This document shows, in pieces, positions 12,811-25,400 of a DNA stretch of 64,000 bases (the first letter of the stretch is position 1; each line of letters opens with the position of its first letter). The stretch comes from Styela clava (taxonomy: Eukaryota), in the NCBI RefSeq assembly GCF_964204865.1, contig NC_135256.1, forward strand, positions 12,462,001 through 12,526,000, in the 5' to 3' direction. Made by a program: the position numbers and the translations under genes. The notes under the pieces are model-generated. The model was not told the origin of the DNA and did not search any database. It saw only the letters and a program-made list of their open reading frames with translations.

Positions 12811-14681
12811 CTGTAATTGCAATGTTTGCCAGTATTAAAGTAAGGTAAGTTTTGTCGTCAGTGCATGTAATAAAATTAACGCATTGTATTGAATGTGAAA
12901 CATTAATGGAAATTTTATTATGTTCATTGAAGTATTACAAAAGAGCAAAATCTTCAACTGAAATTCAATTCCTAAAAATAATTTGCATGATAAAAATAAT
13001 ATTTTAAGCTTTATAAAAACTCGTCTAAAGGGCTGACTCTGTGCATAGCTGACAGTTAGAAGCACAAATTTTGATTAGGATGTAAGCTTTTTTGTAGTCA
13101 AATTCTAAAGCCAGATGCGCTTGTCCACATCATCTACTATGTAAACATCTAATTGTCTAAGTCTAATCTAGTTTTTCATTTTGAAGTAGAAAACGGTATA
13201 TATTCATAATAATAGTATTGTAACTAAGCTGCACTGTATCAAAATTTTATAAAAGCATGATGACAATGCTATAAAAGCAATACTATTTTACTCACGTTCG
13301 AGCACCAGGTAGCATTGTCGACATGTTTGCTGCTTCTATACAACAACAAGCGGCTAAATTAAAAAATATATAACCAAACTACTATATTACAATCATTAAA
13401 ATAAACACACTTATTTAGTGAAAGAACACTCAACAATTAAAGAAAAAATCGCAACTCTCTGCTTTTAAGGAATTCGTAAAACTAGCAATATTGACGATAA
13501 TAGTATGTTTACTCGATTGATCTTGTTCAATTAATGATAGGTTAGACAAAAAAATATGATATATATATATATATGTTCTTATCAGTAAATAATTTAAGAT
13601 TTTTGCTAATCTCAAGCAGCAGTCAAATAAACACACATAATAAGATTGAGAGCCAAAACTCCATTGTTGGATTTTTCTATCACAAAATCGAAAAGAGCTC
13701 TTTATTCCAAAACCTTAACAAAATATCTGCCCATAACAATATAACATTACAATTTCATCTTTCAGTAATGTGCCGGTGTTTTATGATCAACATTTGTTTA
13801 AATACGTGCCTGGTATTGTTGGATGTATTATAATTTTAAAAGAATGGCCTTTGATAAATATAGCACCCATTGTTATCAAAACAGCTGCCGTGGAAGTGTG
13901 TATGTGGCAGGGAGTATTCAATGAGCATATTTGTTCTAACAACTCGCTGGAGGTAGTGCGCCTCGCTTGGCCGCAAATGGGAACGTTTTTACAATACCTA
14001 AAACACATCGAGACAGTTTCGAGTTACCGCAAAAACCTTTCAAGCCGATTGACCTCGCGACCTGACGCTCGGCTGAAAGTGCTCACTGCAACACAAACGG
14101 AGTTAGATCGGTTGTTGAGATAACCTTTTTCCATTGGAGAATTACAATCTAATTTCTTCGGGTTTTGTTCTTCAAAAAAAATATTCGAAAAATGACAGGT
14201 TCATACATATATATAAGTCAACAACTAATATTTTATTTGATTCCTCGCTATTCACGGATACATTGCACCGATATACAATTATTATCTGCCTTTGAACTTT
14301 GGCGAGAATTTGTGATTGGGTTCACTATTAAGAATAATGTAAGACCCGTAGGTTTTTATATTACAAGTATTATGGTTCATAAGTTGGGATAACGTCCGGC
14401 CGAGGGTCTTTCCCGATGAGAGGTTCAGTTGCAGGTGAGTTCTGGGATCTTTTGTAGAAAGCTCCCGCCACTAATGCAAAAAAACTGAGATTTGAGCAAA
14501 ACACCGCCGCCACGTTTTAAAATAAAAAGTTAAAAATTATCCAGTTCGGGTTAAAAATGATTCAAAAATTTGAATTTCCAACGTAATCTGTATTCCTTAC
14601 AAAAGTTGCCAGTTTTGTAGTAATGTTTTGAAATTGAGAGAATTTCGTAAACTCCATATTGCCATCACTTTTTTAGTAAGC

Positions 14682-14682
<1 letters not shown>

Positions 14683-14714
<32 letters not shown>
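14683..14714. repeat. (TA)n microsatellite
   Basis: Uninterrupted TA run of about 16 units. Confidence 0.95.
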
Positions 14715-14715
<1 letters not shown>

Positions 14716-16389
14716 TTTACAATACATCATCATGTGCCTCCGTTAAAACATGATTTACTGCTTGGTGCGAATTCTCGTATACATACTTTTATATTATATA
14801 AGTAAAAGTCTTCTTCATATGAGTGGTACAGATAAAGTTGACACAAATGTTCAGGTTTTAATTCTGAGTCCCTGTCGCGTAGTATATACCCAAGTTGGCT
14901 ATCGGTGCAGAAGCAATGTCGAGCAATATTGAATATAAAAGTGTACCCCTCAAATAAAAATAAAACAGAGATATCTGGTTACATTACACTTACACAAAAT
15001 TTGAAAAAAAAAATTAGAATAAAAATAGCCTTATAGCGACACCTTCTATCTTCAATACCGAATTTTTAAATCGATTGACCCATTACTTGCGGAGAAAAGC
15101 AACTTCCTCAACAATGATTATGAATAACGACGACAAGAATTTAGCAAAACGTTTTATCTGTGCATTTTGTGTCCAATAACCTGACGAAATCATCATTATT
15201 GGCACTGATCACGTAAATCAAACCGAACAGCTTCGTCACCGAATAAAATACCATTTTCACTACATACTAGCATTATTATTGTCCTATTTTGTTTTTTATA
15301 AATAAACTCAAATAAAAAGAAAAATGTACTTTATTTTACATCTCAAAAACAATAAATATAAAACACAAATTCGCGTCATCTGTTTAACATATTAAGACCA
15401 TAATACCTAATACTGCGCCAAAAATCAAGGGTGAAAAAATAAACATTTGAAAATTTTCTGTACATACAGTACAGGTTAAAAGCACGATACAGTTCAATAG
15501 AAAAGGGGATCTCCATATAAGACTATGACGAGCACTGTAAAGATGTTGCAATCCTTCCTAACATTCATAACATTGATTATATATAATTGAGAATAAATTA
15601 AAAATAGCAATTATTTCCTATATCAGGTAGTTTCTGATTTGTATGCGTTGTGTATATAGCCTATCTTGCTTGGCCCAAACTCACTGTGCAGAACTATTTC
15701 ATGATACTCGGCCATACCAGTAAACTGGTTAACGTGTGTATTACTTTAGCATAAATATTTTAACAGTAGAATATTTTGATTTAAATGGTATAAAATAGCC
15801 GTTGTGGGAACTTCGGTTTATTGTTACAACCGAAACACCGGAACTTTCTAAATGGGTGGGAGAAATTTCATGGAATGAAATATTAAACATTTTATATTTG
15901 AAAAGTCAACAAAAAATGGCTCAATGCCTATTTATATATTTCTATTTGTGTTACTTAAAAAAAATAGTAACTGAATCAATGAGATGATTTATAAAGTATT
16001 TTAGACAATATCCTACGATCGAACTATTTTGTCAAACTTGATCTAAATCCCTTGATATTTCAACATATGTTTAAATTTTCCTGTCAAAGTTAAACTTTTT
16101 ACTAATTTGATAGATTTTGACGTCATACAAAAGAGCATATGACGTCAAAAGCACGGATATCCCATAACATGCTTACGGTACTTGTTTACTCCATTTGCCA
16201 TTTCAGTACAACTATAAAAAATATATATGACTTGAAATTGTAATCGAGAACTAGGTATGTAAGCACATATAATATATTGTAAAGTTAGGGTATATTTATC
16301 TATAATATCCAACAATTCTATGTCACGTGTTTTTTCTTCAAATTAAATAACACTGTTCCCTTTTTCGATCGCACAAATCAATATGGAAT

Positions 16390-17568
16390 TAGAGATGTAC
16401 CGATACCACTTTTGTCGCCGATACCGATACCGATCCGATACCAGCCAAAAACGCCGATACCGATACCGATACGCCGATACTACAAAAAGGCCGATATTAC
16501 CGATATTCCGATACCGATACTATGTAATTATTACTTAATTAGGTGTGCTGTGTAGGGCAGACGGGTTAAAACAATGGTCTTTGAGCGTTGTTCATAGTAC
16601 ACATTATTTCAGATCGAAAAAAAAGATATATCACATAATATGAAATTAATGTTTGGTGTTTGCTTCAACTGATTAAGATACATTATACAGTAACGCTAGT
16701 AATCTCGGTGTTCAATTAGAAAACTCATTATGCCCGGATGTCCCATTTAAACTTAATATGAATATCGCGACCTTCGAATATCGTTATTCGTGTTTAAAAG
16801 AATATCGAATATCACCGACACATTCTAGCGCCGCCGTCCTACGTTCAGATTAAAAGCATTTTACAAATATTTTATTTCGTGGCTAATCGTAATCGTCGAC
16901 GCAATAAGTCAAAGCCAAAATGAAAGAATATCAATCAGCACCGACAAAAAGAAGGCCTACCTATAACCGTCGAGGATGTTTTTTCACTTTACTATTTTAT
17001 AATATAAAATATTTTACAATTGCTATCATATATTTTGAATTTCGGAATTTAGTTTATCGATGTCGACGGACTAAATGACACTCGTACTTGACGACAAACA
17101 GTCAGAACTTATACCCGTGCCAAAAGTCCATGTGCCGTTGATAAGGACCCCAATTCCACTGTATGATTTGAAACTGGGCGCCTAGTTGCTTTTTGTTATG
17201 TGCTGTGTTGATATATTTCTTCATAATTACTATGTAATATTAAAAATGTCAATATTAAAATTTGACAGCGAAAATAGCCAAATTAGTTGAGCTAGTTTGG
17301 CTGATGAATAGCTAAAAACACGTGAATCCTATTCTCTCGCGGGGGTGGGGACATGTATGGCTCATAGCTCACGATCTCTCCAGACAAAAAATAAATTAAA
17401 AAGTAGTATTCCAACTTATCTTTTAAAATATTCTGGACCATATCAAAAAGATAAATATATCGGAAATATCGGCCTTGATTTAACCGATACCGATACATGG
17501 CCGATACCGAAAAAATGACCGATATTGCCGATACCGATACCCGATACCGATACATCGGTACATCTCTA
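16390..17568. mobile_element. Complete non-autonomous hAT (Ac/Ds-like) element
   Basis: 15-bp perfect TIRs TAGAGATGTACCGAT / ATCGGTACATCTCTA; perfect 8-bp TSD TATGGAAT (16382-16389, 17569-17576); CCGATA subterminal repeat arrays at both ends. Confidence 0.93.
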
Positions 17569-17795
17569 TATGGAATATTGTCGTATATGTGATAAATTGA
17601 GGTTTTGCGGAAACGGCCTGATTCGCAGTTTTTGATACTTGATGGTTTAGCCTACATCGTAGTCTTTTTATCAGCAAATTTAAATCTTGAATTATACGTA
17701 TAAAAATGCTTAGCTGCATGCTTCAAGAAAATAAAGAAATTTTGCCTCTGATTATTATTGTAGAGGTAAATTTCAATTGAGTTATTTAGGCAAAG

Positions 17796-20426
17796 TCAAT
17801 TGTATTTCACATCCGGTAGTTTGACGAAGGCAATACCGCGATGAATATTACTATTGTTTTCGTTTACTCCATTAAGTTGAATTTCTTCTTCTTTGTCATC
17901 AGTTGGCGTCGTAGTTTCTTTCACTTCATAAACTTCGGTAGGAGCGAAGGTTTTTTCTTCCAATTCCGAAGATGCACCAAACAAATTAGCACCGTTTGCG
18001 TCTATTCCTCCAGATTTCAATCCTCCCAGCATTGCACCCTGGAGAGCACCGAGTGCCGTGACGTTAAGATCGTCTTCATCTTCCTCTTCCTCTTTGGGTT
18101 TGTGGAAAGCGATGATAGAGAGTCGGTACAGCTGTAGAATAACAACTAAGGCGTTTTTTGTAGTGAAAAATACAATCATTTGATGCACGACTCCTCTGCC
18201 GACCATTATGTAAAGTCGGGTTCCTAAAAACGGTCCGTCCTGAAGTATGAGCGTTGAAAAAATTCCCCATACTTCCATGTTCTTTAAAAACGCCACACAA
18301 GCACCTAGTAAATAATGAAATCAAATATTGGTAAAATTAAGTTTAATTTCGAGTCATATGCCAGAGACTAGAGTGAATTTAAACTGAAATATAAATGAAA
18401 ATATGGTGGTAATTCCGACCAATCATGGTCTTTAAAATAGTTATATTTGTACAATAAGATGGGTGATGAAAGTGTGATTATGGTTTAAACATGCTTGAAA
18501 ACCAGTAGGAAAATTTCAAAATATAATTTCAAATTGTTATCATACTTGGTCTGTCTGCTTCTTCCACGACAACAACGGGTGAATCATTTTCATCTTCTCC
18601 TTCATATATTCCAACTGCTCTTGTACGGCGTGCCTAAATATTTTTTGCTCATGTTGAATGAAATGTGTGTTTTCTGTTCTTATCATATTTTACATTTCTC
18701 CACAATATTTTATTTGCTACTCATATTTATTGTGTGAATTTATGTTTGGTGAATTAGAAAACAATTTTGATAGTGTCCTATACTTATCTAGCTATATGAA
18801 ATTATTTACCTTGGTAGCTGTTAGTACGAGTGAAAACTGCAATGTACTCCAAGACCAGAAAGCCATAATTACAATCAACAACGTACGGTCACATCGAACT
18901 TCAATTTCCTGCGAAAAAAACAAACATATTTATTGTTGTCTCTAGGAAAATTTCATTTTCATTTGGATAGAAAAATAAGATTTGGAAATATGGGGAAAAG
19001 ATAAAACAACACGTTTTATACCTTTATTGTTTCTGTTACAAACTCCAATATATCAGCTCCCACACCAATGAATACAAGTAGTAGTTGAGAGAGCTGATCT
19101 TTAGATATTCCTTCCCCAGTTGGAAGAAGCCATCGACCGACAATTAAAAAGAACAGCAAAAGTTGATGAAGAACTAAAATCCATGTTTGTTCATTGAAAA
19201 AGTTTATGTTTTCCAGCTGAACACAAAAATTTAAGAGATAAGTAGTGTTAAAACTAAACAATTTTGTATAAAAATTGTACAAACTTCTCACCAAACTGTC
19301 TACAACTTTTTTGGCTTCGTCTAGTGTTTGAACGACATTTCCAACAGCGCCTTCAAGTGCTTCTTTTGTCGTAACTTCTGCCAGCATGGTCGTTGTCACA
19401 ATCTAAAAACGGCGGGAAAGTTTTACTTGTTGCGACTTTTTTTTGCTTTGTTGCGAGTGGCGGAAGCTGATCAATAAGGGGGCGGGTTTGCACCTCATCT
19501 AAGTTAGACTCTTGCTTGATCTACCGAATAATGTATAGGGTAGCAACAACGCAACGCAACAACACAATAGTAAGAATACTTACTGTTAAATTTTCTTGTG
19601 CCGTTTGCTTTTTTGAATACTCAATCTCGCATGCCGCTTTTCTTAACGTGACATTGCTTAAGACATAGTTTACATCATCAACCTCTGCATAACGGAATAC
19701 TTTGAGACAACCCGGTAGGCTCTGAAAAGTAAGTAAATAGCTATATCGAATAAACTACCGTACCACATTTTGTTTGTATGTATAGATAATGTATCTGGAG
19801 ATTATTGTAGGTAGCATTAGTTTCACATTCTAGTTTCTCATTATGTTCTTACCGTTAAACCCCAGTGCAGATCATTACAAATATGCCTGAATTGTCTTCT
19901 GTCGAAATTCTTCATTTCCAGAAACCAGACTGACGGCAATACACTCGCAAGATAAAGAATTACGCATGGACTAACCCTGAAGTTCAAACATATAACAGTA
20001 AGCATTCGCTGTTACTTTAAATAATTTATGTACTTAATTAACAATAATTACTAAAAACATTTATTGTTTCGACTATTTTTGTTGCAATTGTTTTGAAACG
20101 CAACATATATCATTTCGGCGAAGCCTGAAGCATATTGTGCTTTCATATCCATCATTAGCATAGTAAAACACGAGTATTACATAAATTACCATTTGTATTC
20201 TTCGCCACCTCTAGCACCCACTGTAAAAAGTGTTTCCAGGATTAACGCACCAACTGGTACCAATAAAAGCCACATGGTTACTTCATTGTACTCGGTGTAA
20301 GCTCGCCAAATTGCAATAAGTGCATGGGCACCAAACATCACTCGCGTGAAAAGAGCTGTAATAGGTAATAACAAGATAAAAATCAAGAAGCCTAAAAGTT
20401 TAGGTAATTCGTTTGTATACACATGA
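17796..20426 (-). CDS. TMEM26: Transmembrane protein 26. Exons 20190-20426, 19853-19976, 19584-19721, 19292-19402, 19022-19216, 18810-18908, 18546-18633, 17796-18304; start exon unresolved (a donor lies at 20521-20522)
   Basis: ALFTRVMFGAHALIAIWR, YKWVSPCVILYLASVLPSVWFLE, WILVLHQLLLFFLIVGRWLLP..G.ISKDQLSQLLLVFIGVGADILEF, WSWSTLQF and QDGPFL..RL..M...VVHQMIVFFTTKN are TMEM26 signature segments; phases are consistent. Confidence 0.92.
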
Positions 20427-22259
20427 CTAATAATAAGGAATAATGAAATAAATACATTATTATTCAGTTCACGTATACAAAATACAGTAAACGTAACTAT
20501 TTAATTCGAAAGGGGGTCTTACCCAACAATATGTCCTTCATATTTCCGAGTTGTCGTCTTTCCTTTGTCCGGTTCAGTTGAGAGAAAAAAGAAATAGATG
20601 CATATGTTTATGCAAAACTGTCAGTCCAATCATATGTTGCTATTTGTGCAGTAAATACTCAACTTGTTAGGTTAGATTAGGGTACACTCTGAAATGCAAA
20701 CAGTGTCATTTTTCAAAAAGAATTTTTTACAGTGCTTTGTAAAAAGCTGTAATATGCTTAAACTGACTTTTCTAAAAACATAACTAGATTGTTCGCCAAT
20801 TTTCTCGATTAATCATCAGGTTTGATCAGTGCATAAATTTGTTATATTTTCAGAACATGAACGACTGATAATTGCGCTGCAACATTTGCCTGTAGTGTGG
20901 GAATAAACTTGTTATCAGTAGGATTGAGCATAATTGTAAAAAACAAACATCTTACAAATCAAATCATCGTCTTTGAATCAAAGTTTTATTGCCATTCCTC
21001 TCGAATATCTATTTGGGATCCGATTGCGATAAATTCGTATTGTCGAACTTGTCTTAATTAGATAAAGCGGTGAAGTTGTTGGAACGAATACTAACTTTTT
21101 GTAATACCACTGTGACTATGGTTATAGTATGAATCTCATTCGAAGATGTGTTCCAAACTGTAATGTGTTTAACCTATCTCCACCGCGTATAATTCCATAC
21201 TGAACGCCCAAATCAATTCTTTTATTCGAAACGTTTTAAAAATGATTACTTTGCACTAGGCCGCGGTGGACATGGTGACAATATGTATGTAAGTAAATAA
21301 TAACAATGAAAATAGCGGAAACTAGATTTTTGTATTCGTCGTCAATAGGTGACGTTTAAAGATTTACTTTCATTTTGCCCCATACTCGAACCCAGCAACA
21401 TTAATTTTCTAAATGTTCAACAAATATTTGTGACCCTGACACTCTTGTGGAGAAATTACGCAAAGACGTACTGAAAACAGGAAAAGCATTATACTCCTAA
21501 TCTAACTGTCATTTGGACTCATAATTTCAATCCCGAATCAGATAACAAATATTTAAAAATTGTAACTCGTGAAATATAATACCTTTTTATATCAACTATA
21601 AACACAATAAAGGATTACATTTTATCTACAACTCAATGAATAAGTAACATCACAAAATTGAGACGTTCATAATCAAGTTAAAGGGAAAATAGCTTTTCTT
21701 GCTGCAAATCGGGTTTTTGCTATGACGCCATATATCATGTATGTGAAACACAGCACGCGTGCATACGTGAATCTGTAGCTGAAACCTTTAACTAATATCC
21801 GGTGATAATACGACTTATTTTTTATAAGTGTAGTTAGTCAATCACACAATTCAGTGAGCTGCAGGTGGCTATTTTTCAAGACGTTAACTGAATCTTGTAA
21901 TAATAGACTAACTAACTTCATTTCGGGTGATCTTGATATCGGATTATTATAAATTCCAGAATTAGATAATTTCTTAGGTAATGGTAAAATAACCTTGATC
22001 TATTCAATCTGAACTTTACTTAAATTTACATAGAAATGAACGAGGTTCGAAAATACACATAATATAAAAACATTCTATATTAGACGAAAAGAATCTTCAT
22101 TGCCTATAATTCAGGTTTGTCGTAAACCTCGCAGGCTGTTAATGATTTTTTCGGACTTCTCTTTGATTCAATTCGCGCAATATTAATCATTTAAAACGTG
22201 TTCCGGGGGTAATTATAGCGACGTGCTATCCTCTTCAATGAATATGCAAGAGATACAAC

Positions 22260-22439
22260 CAGTGGTGGGATTCAATTTTTTTTGTCAGCCGGTTCCATCA
22301 CAAAAGTCATATTTTTCACCCGGTTCTGTTACAAAAAGTCATTGACAGTAACCAGTAATGCTAACCGGTTCGCTAATCTCATATAATTCCGTGAGAGGGT
22401 TCTATAGCACCGGTGCGAACCGACTGAATCCCACCATTC
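22260..22439. mobile_element. hAT MITE (180 bp)
   Basis: TIRs CAGTGGTGGGATTCA / TGAATCCCACCATTC; 8-bp TSD GATACAAC/AATACAAC (7/8); internal CCGGTTC repeats. Confidence 0.85.
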
Positions 22440-25400
22440 AATACAACATTTCCATAGTGTCTCCAAAGGATTTTGTTCCGCTCGTGGCTTACTACAATCA
22501 GCACGATGATCATCAAAACAATTGTCACAAAAAATAATTCAGTACAAAGCGTTAGTTTTTAAAACGAACCGTTAAACTTCTAGCAATGATTCAATGATAT
22601 GATACAAGCACGTCAATGTCAATCACTGATTAACAAGTTGTGTATTCGAGCGAGTTGTAGATACTCATTAATGTGGAACCTCCCTCTGCAATCCTACTTC
22701 TCTCTATCATCATGGATGCCAGGCTACCTCTTTTATGTGTTAATTATCACAATTTGCAATTTCGAAAACTAGCAAACTATACACTAATCACAAGTAAAAA
22801 CTGCATAATACACAAATAGAATTACAATTCGAAACTATGCCTTTGATCATTACATTTCCTTATTAATCCAGTTGAGCAACTGACACAATGCCAACTGGCA
22901 TGCTGATATTAATTTGTACAACACAAGAACAAGGATAACCTACGCTCTATAGATTAACGTTTACGCTATCAGCAATAGAATATATTTTGAAATCAGATAC
23001 ACGACCTTTTTGCACGGCGTTTTTTATAATTCGGAACATGGAAATCCTTACTGGATATCTAGTGGATGGTCAATAATTTTAAATCACGTATTTTGAGAAC
23101 TACTTGAAAACATTTAGCAGTGATCATATTTAATCATACTTTAACATTGCCTTAATTTTCTGAGTTTAAGTTGATAGATATTACATAATGCCCAAAAATA
23201 GGCCATCAAGTCTATTTTTAGATATTAATTTTGTCGTTTTTCAGAAATTTCAAGTTTACTGTATTTCGAGAACATATTTACATCGATATATTTATATCGA
23301 AAATGGTTTTAAGTTTTTAGTATCTCGAACACTTTTTAAGTCTTTGTTTTAAAGATCTCCAAGTTCAAAGTTCATGGCAAATGTAATCATATCTTAGTCT
23401 CGCCTATGCGTTTAAGTTGCTTCACTTCATGCATAATATACATGCACTATAGCCACTGACTGTATGATTTCAAAGGGGGATAAAGTATTGTAAGCACGAA
23501 TCTCGCCTATGAACTCTATTCTGCCTAAATTGGAACCACCTAAACATAAGCAGATCTAATTAGAGCATTGTCCCAAGAAGTAAAGTGTTCAATGTAAAAA
23601 TCGAACATACATGCAATTAATAGCGTGCGTCTCCCGGCAAACATGAATAATTGAGTAAAATGTTATGTTTTTAAATCATAACAATATCCAATTTAGAAAA
23701 GACAATAATTTAAACTGTATTTTCCATCATTTCAGAATAATCCACTGGTCTCAGTAATATCAGTGACAATGAAAATACAAAATGACAACTAAATTGCAAT
23801 TCATTATATATTATATAGCGGAAAATAATAATGAGTCGTTAGGAAATTGATAACTATATCATTTTCAGCTGTTCTGAAGAAATTGTCTCCTTTCTGCGAA
23901 CACGAGTCTGTCGTATTTCTGTGCGTGCCATCTTTTGCTACACTTGTTTTTTTTATATGCACAAACAGTCTTAATAGTATATAAAAAATTTTTTTAAGAA
24001 ATTTGACGTCATTTCTTTGTGATTAATGGAGAAAGAAACCCTCTCGCAGTTCAATCTAATAAGTTTCTAATTAATTAGGGAAAATCGACACCAACGAATC
24101 AATTAATCAAAGTAAAAGAAATAGCGTATGAACAAGATAAGATGCTAAGTATATACATTGATTTTTTTGTTTTGTATTAAATGTTTAGGAGTCACAATAG
24201 TTTCCGATCAAATTAATCAAAATTCATATAATGCACGATTGAATAACATATAGATAAATAGGCATTCATTCGTGACAACATATTCGACGAAATCGAAATG
24301 CGGTAATCAGTCATTACGTGACGTGATTTATGAATCGAGGTCGCATCAATTCGTTTGTTGAATCAATATGCAATTTGGAAGTTACAAGTTGTGCTGCTCA
24401 TAAACAGTGCAAGAGAATAAAAATAGAATTTTACCTTTTTACACCACCATTTTATTTTGATATAAACTACAGAACAAAATTGTTCTGTGCCAAGCAGGTG
24501 ACAATAATTGTACATTCTATATTACGTAATAGTTCCCAGTCTTAGTTGCCACAATCTGGGCTTGAAGAATATACTGCGCTCAAACGTCAATGCTCATTAA
24601 AGTTTCAACTTATAAGCTCCTACTTTTCGTTGGTTACACAACGACCTTCCGCACATGCATTAAATATGAGCAATAGGCTACATAGTGTTGTTGAACAAGT
24701 TAATTCACGTGCCTCAAACGTAAAGTATTTAACTATACTTAGACTTTGACTATACTATTTGGATATACTTTACTAAATACTTTGTTTTGGTAATTGGTAT
24801 ATATCTCTGTCATTCTATTTAAATCTAAGAAGCTGTTATTGGTAATGTAATCGGGACCTCCATGTAGATAAAAACAAGAAAACTAGATGAACATATTTCG
24901 TAGAATTTCATGTACTTCTATTCAAAAAGTACCCAATCATAATTTAAAAAGACGGGAGTTTTCATTCTGATTTAACGGCGAAAGTCAATAGAAATAATTC
25001 TTGTGAATTCATAAGAAAGGAAAATTTATTTGAAAAGACAATTATTCAAAGTTCGGAAACTCCGAAGAGGAATTTTTATGACTTTTACTTTATGACCCTT
25101 GGAATAAAATTATTATTTTATTACCTTTGCTCGTGTGTGTTCATTTCAAAGAGTTCTTAGTTACATTAATTACATCGCCCTTCCATATACATCGATGGAC
25201 ATTTTCCAATAACAAAGAACTTCATCAATATCATCGTGGCACACTATGATATGCAACCGGGAAATGAAATATTAATCAATTTGGCAAAAAAGCATTGACA
25301 TATTCACAACCACCGCGATATTCAAAAATATATAATGCAACAATGCGGTTACCAACGACATTGATGTTGCAGATTCAATAAATGTAGTTTTATTATATTC

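Noticed and set aside
13770-14123. 117-aa ORF in a slightly GC-richer patch
   Set aside because: No domain similarity recognised and no exon chain could be built.
16400-16520. CRISPR-like array of CCGATA repeats
   Set aside because: No spacers, eukaryotic context, and explained as hAT subterminal repeats.
20523-20541. ATG at 20541 as the TMEM26 start
   Set aside because: It leaves the donor in phase 1, whereas the next exon needs phase 2; the joined frame hits a stop.
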